Below, piece after piece: positions 25,384 to 32,000 of a stretch of DNA of 32,000 bases. The first letter of the stretch is position 1, and each line of letters begins with the position of its first letter. The notes under the pieces are model-generated. The model saw only the letters and a list, made by a program, of their open reading frames with translations, was not told the DNA's origin and did not search any database. Both the position numbers and the translations under genes were made by a program. This DNA comes from Halomicrobium mukohataei DSM 12286 (lineage in GTDB: Archaea > Halobacteriota > Halobacteria > Halobacteriales > Haloarculaceae), in NCBI RefSeq assembly GCF_000023965.1, contig NC_013202.1, positions 2,460,001-2,492,000 on the forward strand. The letters run 5' to 3'.

Positions 25384-26376
25384 ATGGTGACGTTTCTCTC
25401 CGGCGGCACCGGAACGCCGAAGCTGCTCGCCGGGGCCGACGCCGTCTTCCCACCAGCGACGACGACCGTCGTCGGCAACACCGGCGACGACGTGATCCTG
25501 GGTGGGCACCTCGTCTGTCCGGACGTGGACACGGTGCTGTTCCTCGACGGCGGCGTCCTCGACCGCGAGACCTGGTGGGGTATCGATGCCGATACCGCCG
25601 AGACACACGACGAACTGCACCGACTCGCCGAGCGAGCGGGTCTCGCGGACGGGCCGCGATATCTCCCCGACTCCGCACAGACTGGCGGCCGCGAGATCGG
25701 GCGCTGGCGACGCTTCTCCGGCGTCGCAGAGTTCATGCACATCGGCGACCGCGACCGGGCGGTCCACGTGACCCGGACGAGCCTGCTCGACGAGGGCCAC
25801 TCGCTGACGGAGGTGACGGCGACGCTCGCCGACGCGTTCGGGCTCGACCGCACGCTCGTGCCGATGAGCGACGATCCGGTGGCGACGCTGATCCACACGC
25901 CCGACGGCGTCCAGCACTTCCAGGAGTGGTGGGTCGCCAACGGCGGCGACCCGACGATCGAGCGCGTCGAGTTCCGGGGAAGCGAAGACGCGACGACCAC
26001 ACCGGCCGTCGACGCGGCGCTTTCCGAGCCGGTCGTGATCGGTCCGTCGAACCCGATCACGAGTATCGGCCCGATGCGTGCCGTCTCGGGGTTCGAGTCG
26101 GCGCTGGAACGCGCGCCGGTCGTGGCCGTCTCGCCGTTCGTCGGCGAGGAGGTGTTCTCCGGTCCCGCCGGGACGCTCATGACCGCGACGGGGCACGAGG
26201 CCAGTACGGCCGGTGTCGCGGACGCGTACTCGTTCGCGGACGCGTTCGTCCTCGACGAGGACGATCCGACGGCGCTCGATCGGCCGACCGTCAGAACGGA
26301 CACGCGAATCGACGACGACGCGGACGCAGAACGCGTCGCCCGCGCGGTCGACGAGGCACTGGAGGTGGTCGCGTGA
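25384..26376 (+). CDS. cofD: 2-phospho-L-lactate transferase (LPPG:FO transferase)
   Basis: [16 protein letters not shown]-terminus, VVGNTGDD, and a length of 330 aa are typical of CofD. Confidence 0.8.
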   Translation: MVTFLSGGTGTPKLLAGADAVFPPATTTVVGNTGDDVILGGHLVCPDVDTVLFLDGGVLDRETWWGIDADTAETHDELHRLAERAGLADGPRYLPDSAQTGGREIGRWRRFSGVAEFMHIGDRDRAVHVTRTSLLDEGHSLTEVTATLADAFGLDRTLVPMSDDPVATLIHTPDGVQHFQEWWVANGGDPTIERVEFRGSEDATTTPAVDAALSEPVVIGPSNPITSIGPMRAVSGFESALERAPVVAVSPFVGEEVFSGPAGTLMTATGHEASTAGVADAYSFADAFVLDEDDPTALDRPTVRTDTRIDDDADAERVARAVDEALEVVA

Positions 26377-27143
26377 GCCCGGATCGAGGTGGGGCGCTGT
26401 TCGATCCCCCCGTCGCGCTGGCGAGTCTCAGCGGCCGCTCGGACGCCGAGTGGGCCGAAGGTGGCGGCCCCTTCGCCGGCTGTGCCTTCCTCGGTGGGAT
26501 CGCGCTGGACGACGCCACCCGGCGCGCGGCCCGGTCGATGGTCGAACGGGACCGCACGGAGTTCCTGCCGTCCGACCCGCTGGCGTTCGTCCAGCGACAG
26601 CTGCGAGCGATGGAGGAACTGCCGATCAGAGCCGGCGTCAACGTTCGCAGCGCCGCGCTCGCGCCGATCGAGGACGCCGCCGGCCGCTGTCAGGACCACG
26701 ACGCGATCCTGGAGATCAACGCCCACTGTCGCCAAGCGGAGATGTGTGAGGCCGGGGCCGGGCAAGCGCTGCTCGACAGGCCCGAGAAGCTCTGTCGGCA
26801 GGTCGAGGCGGCGACCGCGACCGGTGCGACCGTCAGCGTGAAAGTCCGCGCGGAAGTCGACGGCGTGGAGCTGCCGACGCTCGCCGCGAAGCTGGAGCGG
26901 GCCGGCGCGGACGCGGTCCACGTCGACGCGATGGACTCCGAGCACGTCGTCGGCGAGATCGCGGACGCGACGGGCCTGTTCGTGATCGCGAACAACGAGG
27001 TCAGAGACGCCGAGAGCGCCCACGAGTACTTCCGATACGGTGCCGACGCGGTCAGCGTCGGTCGGGCGAGCGACGACCCGGACGTGCTGGCGGCGGTCCG
27101 GCGCGCGACCCACGAGTGGTTCCAGACGGGGGCGAAGCCGTGA
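26373..27143 (+). CDS. DUS-like (dihydrouridine-synthase-like) TIM-barrel protein, function unknown
   Basis: The GTG at 26373 overlaps the cofD stop as [33 protein letters not shown]...VSVKVR parallels the DUS motif D.N.GCP......G.G.ALL..P......V.VK.R, with the Cys retained. Confidence 0.55.
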   Translation: MSPDRGGALFDPPVALASLSGRSDAEWAEGGGPFAGCAFLGGIALDDATRRAARSMVERDRTEFLPSDPLAFVQRQLRAMEELPIRAGVNVRSAALAPIEDAAGRCQDHDAILEINAHCRQAEMCEAGAGQALLDRPEKLCRQVEAATATGATVSVKVRAEVDGVELPTLAAKLERAGADAVHVDAMDSEHVVGEIADATGLFVIANNEVRDAESAHEYFRYGADAVSVGRASDDPDVLAAVRRATHEWFQTGAKP

Positions 27144-27973
27144 GAACGACCGCCCAGAACGCCGAGCTGGCGCTGTTGCTCGAAGTCGCCGGGACGCCGA
27201 AGCCCGGCAACGTCGACCGGGAACACGAGTACGAGGACCTCCGGTTCGAGCACTTCCTCGCCGGTGCGGTCGGTGCCCGACCCGGCTTCGAACGGGCAGC
27301 CGCGGGCGACCCGATCGGTGACGCGTTCGAGCACGCAGTCGAGGGGATGGCCCAGCAGCGCGGGGGCAACACGCAGTTCGGCGCGCTTCTCGTGGTGACG
27401 CCGCTTGTCGCGACGGCGGCCAGCGGTGCGCTCTCGCGAGAGCACGCGAGCGCGGTCGTCGCCGAGACGACCGTCGACGACGCGGCGGGCTTCTACCGCG
27501 CGTTCGAACACGTCGACGTGGCCGTCGACGACCCGCCGGACGGGATGGAACCGCTGGACGTTCGCCGCGGAGCCGAGGTCGTCCCGACGCTGCGCGACCG
27601 CGGGCTGACGCTGGCGGACGTGATGGAACGGAGCGCCGACGCCGACGACGTGGCCGCCGAGTGGACCGACGGCTTCGGACGCGTCTTCGACGCGGCCGAC
27701 CGTATCGAGAGCGCGTCTGGGCCGGTGGCGGACCGCGCGGCGACGGTCTTCCTCGAACTGCTGGCGGCTCGACCCGACACCTTCGTGAGCACGCGACAAG
27801 ACCGAGAGACGGCCCTGGAGGTCCAGCGACGAGCGCAGGCCGTTCTCGACGGCGAGGACGACGTGGACGAGTTCGCAGCGGATCTCGTCGAACGAGACAT
27901 CAACCCCGGAACGACCGCAGACCTGATCGCCGGAGGGCTGTTCGTCGCGCTGGAGCGGGGGCTGTCGGTGTGA
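27140..27973 (+). CDS. CitG-like triphosphoribosyl-dephospho-CoA synthase homologue
   Basis: The GTG at 27140 overlaps the upstream stop as GTGA. LLLEVAGTPKPGNVDR matches the CitG/MdcB E...TPKPGLVD motif. An ATG at 27116 is an alternative start. Confidence 0.65.
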   Translation: MRTTAQNAELALLLEVAGTPKPGNVDREHEYEDLRFEHFLAGAVGARPGFERAAAGDPIGDAFEHAVEGMAQQRGGNTQFGALLVVTPLVATAASGALSREHASAVVAETTVDDAAGFYRAFEHVDVAVDDPPDGMEPLDVRRGAEVVPTLRDRGLTLADVMERSADADDVAAEWTDGFGRVFDAADRIESASGPVADRAATVFLELLAARPDTFVSTRQDRETALEVQRRAQAVLDGEDDVDEFAADLVERDINPGTTADLIAGGLFVALERGLSV

Positions 27974-28548
27974 CGGCGTCCTGGCCCGTCGACCTGGACG
28001 GCGTGACCGAGTCGGTCGTGACGACGCTGGGGCCCAACGATCGCTGGAACGTCGCCGCGCTGGGGTTGCACGCACCGGCCAGCGACGATGCCGTCTTCGC
28101 GCGCACGTGGGGTCGAACCCGGACCTGGCGGAACTTCCGCGAGCGCGGCGAAGGATACGTCCAGTTCACGGTCGACCCCGTCGACTTCGCCGAGGCCGCG
28201 ATGACGGTCCGAGAGGAGACAGCGCCGGTGCTTTCGAGTGCGAACGCCTGGGCCCGCGTCGCCGTCGAAGAGCGAGCGAGTGGCACCGACGGGGGCACCG
28301 AGTGGGTCGAGTGGACGCTCGCGCCGATCGAGTCGGCGGTCGAGCACCGCACCGTTCCGACGACGAACCGCGCCTACTACGCCGTCGTCGAGGCGACCGT
28401 CGCGGCCTCTCGGCTCGACGTGCCCGAGTACGACACCCAGACGCTCCGCGATCGGATCGACTACTTCGAGGCCGTCGTCGAGCGCTGTGGCGGCGAGCGC
28501 GAGCGCGAGGCCTTCGCCGTCGTCCGAGAGCGCGTCGACGGCGAATGA
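27970..28548 (+). CDS. DUF447-like protein (FMN-binding split-barrel-like)
   Basis: The GTG at 27970 overlaps the upstream stop as GTGA. The 192-aa protein has ESVVTTLGPNDRWNVAALGL near its N-terminus, as in split-barrel flavin-binding folds. The family call is from recollection only. Confidence 0.45.
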   Translation: MTASWPVDLDGVTESVVTTLGPNDRWNVAALGLHAPASDDAVFARTWGRTRTWRNFRERGEGYVQFTVDPVDFAEAAMTVREETAPVLSSANAWARVAVEERASGTDGGTEWVEWTLAPIESAVEHRTVPTTNRAYYAVVEATVAASRLDVPEYDTQTLRDRIDYFEAVVERCGGEREREAFAVVRERVDGE

Positions 28549-28671
28549 TACTACCGGCTGTAAATCTGTCACGGATTTCACCACCCCGGGGTTGCGAATA
28601 TCTGGACGAAGGTACAGCCGGCAGTATGAGTGGCGTGTCACTCCCCACCAACCGACCGTCGTTCCGAATCC

Positions 28672-28678
28672 TTTTAGA
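28672..28678 (+). promoter_or_regulatory. TATA box for rps17e
   Basis: ttttaga is centred about 27 nt upstream of the ATG at 28702. Confidence 0.45.
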
Positions 28679-28701
28679 GGGCCACTCCGGTAAGTGGCCG
28701 T

Positions 28702-28896
28702 ATGGCAATCAAGCCCGCCTACGTCAAGAAGACAGGGACGCTCCTGATGGAACGGTATCCAGACGCTTTCGGTGCGGACTTCGAGCACAACAAAGACATC
28801 GTCACCGAGCTCACCAACATCGAGTCCAAGGGCGTCCGTAACCGCATCGCCGGCTACATCGCACGCAAGCAGTCCGCCCAGACCGCCGAAGCGTAA
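28702..28896 (+). CDS. rps17e: 30S ribosomal protein S17e
   Basis: [23 protein letters not shown]...NRIAGYI is a typical eS17. 64 aa. Confidence 0.9.
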   Translation: MAIKPAYVKKTGTLLMERYPDAFGADFEHNKDIVTELTNIESKGVRNRIAGYIARKQSAQTAEA

Positions 28897-28954
28897 CTCG
28901 GGTCTTCTCTCTTCGTTCTCACGACGACGAACAGTCGGTACTGGAGCCTCTCGT

Positions 28955-29030
28955 ACGGATTATTGTAGATCGTTACCGGAGCAACCGCGGGCTGTCGTGC
29001 GGTCGACTGGAAGCGGCGACGATAATCCGT
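28955..29030. repeat. Degenerate copy of the palindromic repeat element (copy 2a)
   Basis: acggattattgtagatcgttaccgg...gacgataatccgt shares the arm termini ACGGATTATTGTAG and ATAATCCGT. The interior has diverged. It is separated from copy 2b by the 5-nt gtcat. Confidence 0.55.
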
Positions 29031-29035
29031 GTCAT

Positions 29036-29112
29036 ACGGTTTATCGTAGTTGCTTACCGGTGATCGTCGCCATGGAGTAGACGATCACCGATAAATCGCT
29101 ACAATAATCCGT
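29036..29112. repeat. Palindromic repeat element, copy 2b
   Basis: Left arm acggtttatcgtagttgcttaccggtgatcgtc, loop gccatggagta, right arm gacgatcaccgataaatcgctacaataatccgt. It ends 1 nt before the TGA (29114-29116) of the minus-strand gene. Confidence 0.85.
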
Positions 29113-29113
29113 C

Positions 29114-29545
29114 TCACTCCGACTCGGAGCCCACGTCGTCGGTCGTCGCGACGACGTCGAGTTCGGAAACGTCGGCGGTACACCAGTGACAGAACTCGAT
29201 GTCGGGATCGAGTTCGCGACCGCAGTTCGGACAGTGCGTGAGCTGTCCGTCGTCGGTGACCGAGAGCTGAGCGACCGCGTTGTGGACGTGTGCGAGAGCG
29301 TACGCGTCGAGGACGCTCAGCGTGGCGACCAGCACGAGCGGCGCGAGTGCCAGCGGGTCGACGCTCCCCTGGCCCGCCGCTTCGAAGGCCGCGGGGTCGA
29401 CGAACACGACCGACACGGCGAACAGCGCTACGAGCCACCCGAGGGCCCGTCGCCACCGCCGGAGGTAGAGGTGACCGAGTCCCGTCGCGAGCGCGCCCAG
29501 CAACGCGGCGAGCAATGGCCGTTTGCGGGATTGCGATCCTTCCAT
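29114..29545 (-). CDS. Membrane protein with a C-terminal zinc-ribbon (CPxCG...CxxC)
   Basis: Two or three hydrophobic helices are followed by HCPNCGRELDPDIEFCHWC and an acidic tail. Confidence 0.55.
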   Translation of the reverse strand: MEGSQSRKRPLLAALLGALATGLGHLYLRRWRRALGWLVALFAVSVVFVDPAAFEAAGQGSVDPLALAPLVLVATLSVLDAYALAHVHNAVAQLSVTDDGQLTHCPNCGRELDPDIEFCHWCTADVSELDVVATTDDVGSESE

Positions 29546-29931
29546 ACGCGGACTTACTCGTTAGTCAGCCATAAACCTTCTCTCGACCACCCACAGGCAT
29601 CGACGACAGCCGGTGAAGGCTGTCCTACGAGCGTTCGTCGGTTTCGATGGACGAAACAGTAACGCAGATTACTAACTGTTCGATTAGTACAGTGGTGGGC
29701 CGATCGCGAGACGCTTCCCTCTCCGGTCGAGCCGTTCCGCGTCGACGTAGTGTCACGCCGCGCTCTCACAGCGGCGCGCGAACTCCACGCGGGCGAGGCC
29801 GAGCGATCGTCCTCTCGTACGTCCGCAACGACGCCTGGACCTTCCGGTGTGCCCAGAAGACCTGCGTCGAGGAGTATCTGCACGGACTGCTCGGCGGCGC
29901 GACCGCGGTGTTCTGATCGACCCGACGCCGT

Positions 29932-30987
29932 CTACTGGTCGGGAGCCATCCGGTCGGCGTGGCGTTTGCGGTGGACGATCCCCTGATTGATCGCGGTCCG
30001 GTGGACGAACTCGCGGAACGCCTCGCCGGTCTCGCTGTCCTCGTCCAGTACCATCGGTTCGCCGTCGTCGCCGCCCTCGCGGACCGCCGGGTCCAGAGGG
30101 ATCTCGCCGAGGAAGGGGAGATCGGTCTCCTCGGAGAACTCCCGGCCCCCGCCGGAGTCGAAGATGTCGTGTTCCCCACCGCAGTCCGGGCAGGTGAACG
30201 TCGACATGTTCTCGACGAGTCCCAGGACCGGCGTCTCGTGACGGCCGAACATCTCCAGCCCCTTGCGGGCGTCGTCCAGCGCGACGGTCTGGGGGGTCGT
30301 GACGATCGTCGCGCCCGTGACGGGGATGTTCTGGAGCATCGTCAGCTGGGTGTCGCCGGTGCCCGGCGGCAGGTCGATCACCATGTAATCGAGGCTCCCC
30401 CAGACCACGTCCTCCCACAGCTGTGTGAGGACGCTGTCGACCATCGGCCCGCGCCAGATGACCGGGTCGTCCTCGCCGACGAGGAAGTCCATACTCATGA
30501 GCTTGATCCCGTACTTCTCCGGCGGGATGATCTGGTCGTCCTCGGTGGCCTGCGGGTGCTCGTCGGCGGCGACCATTCGCGGAACGTTCGGCCCGTACAC
30601 GTCCGCGTCGAACAGGCCGACCTGCGCACCGAGCTCCGAGAGGCCGACGGCGAGGTTGACCGCGAGCGTGCTCTTGCCGACCCCGCCTTTCCCCGAAGCG
30701 ACGGCGATGACGTTCTTGACGCCCGGCAAGACGGTGCCCTCCGCGTCCATCCCGCGGTCCACGTTGGCGGTCAACTCGATCTCCCGATCATCGTCGTCGA
30801 GCGCCTCGCGCACGTCGGCCGCGATGGCGGTCTCGTTGGGCGAGTACGGCGCGCCCAGCGCGAGGTCGACGGCGATCGACGCGTCGTCGATCTCGATCTC
30901 GTTGACCAGGCCGAGCGACACGATGTCGTCCCGGAGGTCCGGATCGCGGACCTCCCGCAGGCGCTCGCGTACGGCAGCTTCGTCCAT
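29932..30987 (-). CDS. Mrp/NBP35/ApbC-family Fe-S cluster carrier ATPase
   Basis: N-terminal DUF59-like region (DPDLRDDIVSLGLV), deviant Walker A VASGKGGVGKST, and a CPxCG motif (FTCPDCGGEH). Confidence 0.85.
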   Translation of the reverse strand: MDEAAVRERLREVRDPDLRDDIVSLGLVNEIEIDDASIAVDLALGAPYSPNETAIAADVREALDDDDREIELTANVDRGMDAEGTVLPGVKNVIAVASGKGGVGKSTLAVNLAVGLSELGAQVGLFDADVYGPNVPRMVAADEHPQATEDDQIIPPEKYGIKLMSMDFLVGEDDPVIWRGPMVDSVLTQLWEDVVWGSLDYMVIDLPPGTGDTQLTMLQNIPVTGATIVTTPQTVALDDARKGLEMFGRHETPVLGLVENMSTFTCPDCGGEHDIFDSGGGREFSEETDLPFLGEIPLDPAVREGGDDGEPMVLDEDSETGEAFREFVHRTAINQGIVHRKRHADRMAPDQ

Positions 30988-31044
30988 GGGCGTGCTACGC
31001 GGGGGACCGGCGATAAGGGTTGTGACGTACGGAGCAGCCCCAGT

Positions 31045-31329
31045 TCAGGGACGGCGAAAGGTGTAGACGGCCGCGTCGTCGCCGGTCTCGAACGTCACCT
31101 CGATCACGCCGTCCTCGTGGTCGAACGCGAGTCGCTCGGCCGGCCCGGCGAACTCGTGCAACGGCATCCCCGCGTCGACGGTGCCGTCCGGTTCGACGGC
31201 GAACTGTGCCGTCGAGCCGAACGTCGCGACCAGCGTGCCGTCGGATCGCTCGGCCACGTCGGGAGCGAACCGACCGAGTTCGGTTTCGAGGCGGTGGCGA
31301 TCGCCGGGATCGACGACTGTCAGAGCCAT
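31045..31329 (-). CDS. Small acidic hypothetical protein
   Basis: The 94-aa product starts at the ATG at 31329 (MALTVVDPGD); the track start at 31356 is TTG. Haloarchaeal composition, no domain recognised. Confidence 0.45.
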   Translation of the reverse strand: MALTVVDPGDRHRLETELGRFAPDVAERSDGTLVATFGSTAQFAVEPDGTVDAGMPLHEFAGPAERLAFDHEDGVIEVTFETGDDAAVYTFRRP

Positions 31330-31482
31330 AGCCGTCGGTTCGTCCGGGGCGTGCAAATCGGTGACGACGGGGCGGGGGATTCGTTGCGTTTATGTACACC
31401 CGGCGTGGAAATCTGAGTAGACTCGTGCAGGGGCGCGGCGTCCCGAGTCCTCGTCGAGAGGGCGCGAGTACTATGAACGCGT

Positions 31483-31567
31483 GTCGTGGTAGCCAAGCCT
31501 GGCCCAAGGCGCAGGGTTGCTAACTCTGTGGCGTACAGCCTCCGGGGTTCGAATCCCCGCCACGACG
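31483..31567 (+). tRNA. tRNA-Ser (anticodon GCU)
   Basis: Acceptor GTCGTGG/CCACGAC, anticodon stem CAGGG/CTCTG with loop TTGCTAA, a long variable arm (tggcgtacagcc), T arm CGGGG-TTCGAAT-CCCCG, discriminator G. 85 nt. Confidence 0.9.
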
Positions 31568-31588
31568 CTCACACCCGACTAACCACAC

Positions 31589-32000
31589 ATGAGTGCAGAA
31601 GAACCAGAACTGGACGAGGACGTGGACGAGGAGGAACTCCGCTACTTCGTCCGTATCGGACAGACTGACCTCGACGGCACGAAGTCCGTCGAGCGTTCCC
31701 TGACAGACATGAACGGCATCGGCAAGCGCGCCGCGCGCATCATCGCCGAGAAGGCCGGTGTCGACCGCCAGGCGCTCTTTGGCGCGCTGGACGACGAGGA
31801 CATCGAGGCCGTCGTCGAGAAGGTCGAGGGGTACGCTGACGAGGTCCCGGAATGGCTCACGAACCACCAGAACGACTTCTACTCCGGTGAGACGACCCAC
31901 GAGATCGGCAACGACCTGCAGATGCAGCGTCGCGCCGACGTCAACCGGATGCAGATGATCGACTCCTACAAGGGCGTTCGCCACAAGCGCGGCCAGAAGG
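31589..32000 (+). CDS. rps13: 30S ribosomal protein S13 (uS13), 5' part; continues beyond the window
   Basis: My own translation from the ATG at 31589 gives MSAEEPELDEDVDEEELRYFVRIGQTDLDGTKSVERSLTDMNGIGKRAARIIAEKAGVD...MIDSYKGVRHKRGQK. It is absent from the ORF track because no stop is reached. The tRNA-Ser then rps13 order is typical of haloarchaea. Confidence 0.85.
   Translation, partial: MSAEEPELDEDVDEEELRYFVRIGQTDLDGTKSVERSLTDMNGIGKRAARIIAEKAGVDRQALFGALDDEDIEAVVEKVEGYADEVPEWLTNHQNDFYSGETTHEIGNDLQMQRRADVNRMQMIDSYKGVRHKRGQK

Noticed and set aside
24699-27113. An 804-aa minus-strand ORF, the longest in the track.
   Set aside because: Only its last 183 codons (24699-25250) look like a real protein, the CX5R phosphatase. 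The rest is Arg/Ser/Pro-rich and lies exactly antisense to cofD and the DUS-like gene, both of which have strong motifs. Stop-free antisense frames are expected at this GC content.
28680-28699. A perfect 7-bp hairpin, ggccact-ccggta-agtggcc, just before the rps17e ATG, considered as an autoregulatory mRNA structure.
   Set aside because: It lies between the TATA box and the start codon of what appears to be a leaderless transcript. It is therefore probably not transcribed, so an RNA-level role is unlikely. It remains unexplained but is weak.
1-32000. CRISPR arrays, cas genes, transposases or IS elements, integrases, retron or DGR-like reverse transcriptases, and restriction-modification genes.
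   Set aside because: I scanned all intergenic regions and the ORF translations. I found no regularly spaced direct repeats, no DDE/HUH or tyrosine-recombinase motifs, and no RT motifs. The only repeats are those reported above.

Overview
This is a high-GC chromosomal segment from a halophilic archaeon (class Halobacteria). The evidence is very acidic predicted proteins, tRNAs without an encoded CCA, TATA boxes about 27 nt upstream of start codons, and a HalX-type response regulator. Most of the window is densely packed housekeeping DNA. I call about 34 protein genes: a vapBC toxin-antitoxin pair at the left edge, a geranylgeranyl-reductase-family flavoprotein, asd, tyrS, a Trm9-like methyltransferase, an NSS transporter, a biotin carboxylase module (pccB, pccA/accA, birA), cofD, rps17e, an Mrp/ApbC ATPase and the start of rps13. 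There are two intact tRNAs, Gly-UCC and Ser-GCU. I saw no CRISPR array, transposase or recognisable defence island.

The observations I rate highest are:
1. cofD heads a four-gene operon in which every junction is a GTGA start/stop overlap. Its three partners are a DUS-like TIM barrel, a CitG-like protein and a DUF447-like protein, none with a known function. This is my best candidate for an undescribed cofactor-tailoring pathway.
2. A roughly 77-nt palindromic repeat occurs at two loci 21 kb apart. Each copy abuts the stop codon of a minus-strand gene. The 11-nt loop is inverted between copies while the asymmetric arms keep their orientation.
3. The 3' end of tRNA-Gly and its downstream flank are duplicated in tandem.
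4. A tRNA 3'-half fragment lies next to vapBC, followed by about 500 bp of GC-rich, hairpin-rich DNA with no credible ORF.
5. A low-GC two-gene island carries a Trp-rich tocopherol-cyclase-like protein.
6. A signal-peptide-less orphan solute-binding-protein homologue sits between pccB and pccA, bracketed by a 10-bp direct repeat.

All functional calls come from motif recognition by eye. No searches were run.
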